Positions 61,837-64,000 of a stretch of DNA of 64,000 bases are shown here, piece by piece (position 1 is the first letter of the stretch; each line of letters starts with the position of its first letter). Under the pieces are notes generated by a model that was not told where the DNA came from, did not search any database, and saw only the letters and a list, made by a program, of their open reading frames with translations. Source of the DNA: Malacoraja senta (taxonomy: Eukaryota); contig CM075985.1 of assembly GCA_038087875.1 (NCBI GenBank), forward strand, positions 7,254,001 through 7,318,000. The letters run 5' to 3'. The translations under genes and the position numbers were made by a program.

Positions 61837-62540
61837 CACTGAATGTTGTACTCATAATACTTACCTTCAGTCCTACTCGAGTCAATGGGCACAAATTCAG
61901 TGTGAGCTGCACTGGTCACTGAGAACGTTTTTGCTTTGTTCAAGTTACATGCAAATGATAAATAAATAAAAAGCAAGGGGCCCCATGTATGCATTCATCA
62001 CCAACAACCTAAGACAAAGTTCTCCCCTCTTTGTTATTTTTTCCAGAGATTCCCGTGGCAAAAGGTTAGGGGGCACGATTGAAAATTATAAAGTGACTGT
62101 AGGATAATTTTTGAAATTTTCTTCAAAAACCTGCACATGTATTCAGCAGTTATCTTTAGCACAGCACTTATGTCAAGTTGAGAAAATCTGTGATTATCTG
62201 AGAATATCTTCCAAATATGTGATATTCTTGAGTGGAAAAGACTTTGGTCTTTCTTGCAGCAGACAACAGACTGAAGACATTTTCATAGAAAGGCTTTCAA
62301 AAGGACTCAGCAAAGCTTTAAGCTGCTCTGGTTGTGTACAATTAATTTGAAGAGCAGATGCAATGTGAAGCTGACTTGCTTCATAACTGTGAGGCTCAGC
62401 CTCCTTATTATCTGCTATGCCCTCATGGCACAACCCATCTGTATCTAGCCAGGCTTGGCGTGGAGTTGCTTCTGGTCAATGTTGCTCAATGTGTCCTTTG
62501 GCTTATTGAACCACTTGGTTTTACAGTGTTTCAGCAAGGC

Positions 62541-62560
62541 AGAGAGAGAGAGAGAGAGAG
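62541..62560 (+). repeat. (AG)n microsatellite
   Basis: AGAGAGAGAGAGAGAGAGAG. Confidence 0.9.
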
Positions 62561-62817
62561 AAAAAACTTTGGAGTGGATCTGTCAACGGGATGTGTGTAT
62601 TCTGCGCTACCTGGCAGCAACTGTACAGATGAGCTTCATCTCTCTGAGCAACAGAGTTGCTGATGTTGGCTCCACCTTATCAGAAGACCATGTCTTCCTG
62701 CACCAGATTATTGTCCTTGCAAAAGTAACTGTTTCAAGGTCGGATTCAATGGACCACAATACACATGTCTCAACTGAAGAGATGAAAAGATAAAAACAAG
62801 AACAATCTAACAATATT

Positions 62818-62910
62818 GTCTGAAGAAGGGTCTCGACCTGAAACGTTGCCTATTTCCTTCGCTCCATAGATGCTGCCTCACCCACTGAGTTTCTCCAGCA
62901 CTTTTGTCTA
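62818..62910 (+). mobile_element. 93-bp stand-alone hammerhead-bearing Penelope-derived element with TSD
   Basis: Begins GTCTGAAGAAGGGTCTCGACCTGAAACGTTGCC; 11-bp direct repeat CTAACAATATT at 62807-62817 and 62911-62921. Confidence 0.85.
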
Positions 62911-64000
62911 CTAACAATATTAGATGATGACATATTCCATAGCAACTGGGAATGATTCATGCTGTTCATGTACTAAAGGAGAAAAGAGGGTGTTTATATG
63001 TGAATTTATTAAATAAAAGGTAAGTTTATTACGGAAATTGTTACAACCCACTGTGGTTTCAGCGAGTAAGGTATTGAGCAGTATTGACCATAAACAGCTT
63101 ACATGTCAAACACCTGCCTCTTTGACATCCAGAACAGAAGTATGGGGTACCAGAGCTGACTCATGATTCCTTGGTTAGAGAAGGGAAACCTCTCTTGTAT
63201 GCCTGATCTCAATTACTATCCATTGGTTCAATACCCTTCTCCCTCCCTCATGGGAAGGTAGTTTCATGCAACTGTGAGTAGCCCAATGATTTTGTAGAGG
63301 GCAGTTGGACAAACTACTGAACCCTCGTGAGAGTGATTTACCAGAATATTGAGTACCTTCAGGACTAGGGGAGATGAACTAAGTGGACAAGGGGAAGATG
63401 ATACGGAAAGAATGTATAAGAATTATTTGCATTAAAATCAGTGGACCATCAATTATTGTTGCATGAACATTCCAGGTAAACGACCTTCTTTAAATCAATG
63501 GACAGAACCTGTCGTACAGATATGTGAAATATTTGTCTGCTATTATCACTAAATGTAAGTGAGATATTATCACCTTCCTCTCCCATGGAGGAGTGTGGTG
63601 AGTGATATTTTTCCAACAGAAACACTTACCAGACGCCTCTGAATGGGAGTAATGCTGTCTCTCTCTTTTGGTAGCTTGAGAGATTTGGTAACCATGGCCT
63701 TAGTCCAACCAGGTCTTGGCAGGGCTTTCTGTTGCCGTGTTTGTTGCAATTGATTTTTCCAGTTCCTGGCTACATTCACAACAATTCTGTGCTCATTAAG
63801 AAAGATTCTTGACTTTAGGTCTGGCCACAGTCTCTGTCTTCTGTGGTCCACAACACAACCTCTGTAGTGAATACAGGTAGGGTTATTTGTGTTGGGGACA
63901 GGGGGAGGGGTTGGGTGGGGTTGGCAGGGCTGGTGTCAGGGAGGAATTGTCTGACCCAGCTTCTGGTAACAGTGGCTGCTTTGTATTTTGCCTTCCTTCT

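Noticed and set aside
1-64000. CRISPR array or prokaryotic defence system
   Set aside because: Eukaryotic intron-exon DNA; the repeats are dispersed transposons, not regularly spaced repeat-spacer units.

Overview
This is vertebrate genomic DNA, very likely from an elasmobranch (skate, ray or shark), judged from abundant HE1-like V-SINEs with CR1/HER1-type LINEs, Penelope-like elements and Rex1/Babar fragments. The only host protein gene is NRF1 (nuclear respiratory factor 1) on the + strand. Coding exons equivalent to human exons 2-7 lie at 1641-19765 and the last exon at 35876-36048. Exons 8-10 are not visible and probably sit in the 200-N gap at 23602-23801. Exon 6 carries an apparent 1-bp frameshift. 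About 24 kb downstream, on the - strand, are miR-182 and miR-96 of the miR-183/96/182 sensory cluster, which neighbours NRF1 in other vertebrates; miR-183 was not found in the 3.2 kb upstream of miR-96. The most interesting unannotated signals are two kinds of ribozyme-bearing retroelement. The first is a 141-bp retroposon flanked by a target-site duplication (TSD) at 56434-56574 (-), whose first 54 nt fold as a minimal HDV-like (delta) ribozyme starting exactly at the element's first base. The second is about 20 short Penelope-derived elements carrying a minimal, dimer-type hammerhead motif, together with a young Penelope RT/GIY-YIG copy (44863-46180) bearing the same motif. A dense CRX/OTX-site cluster near 53.5-53.8 kb is a candidate photoreceptor enhancer. 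All calls come from reading the sequence by eye, and repeat boundaries are approximate unless a TSD or terminal inverted repeat (TIR) is given.
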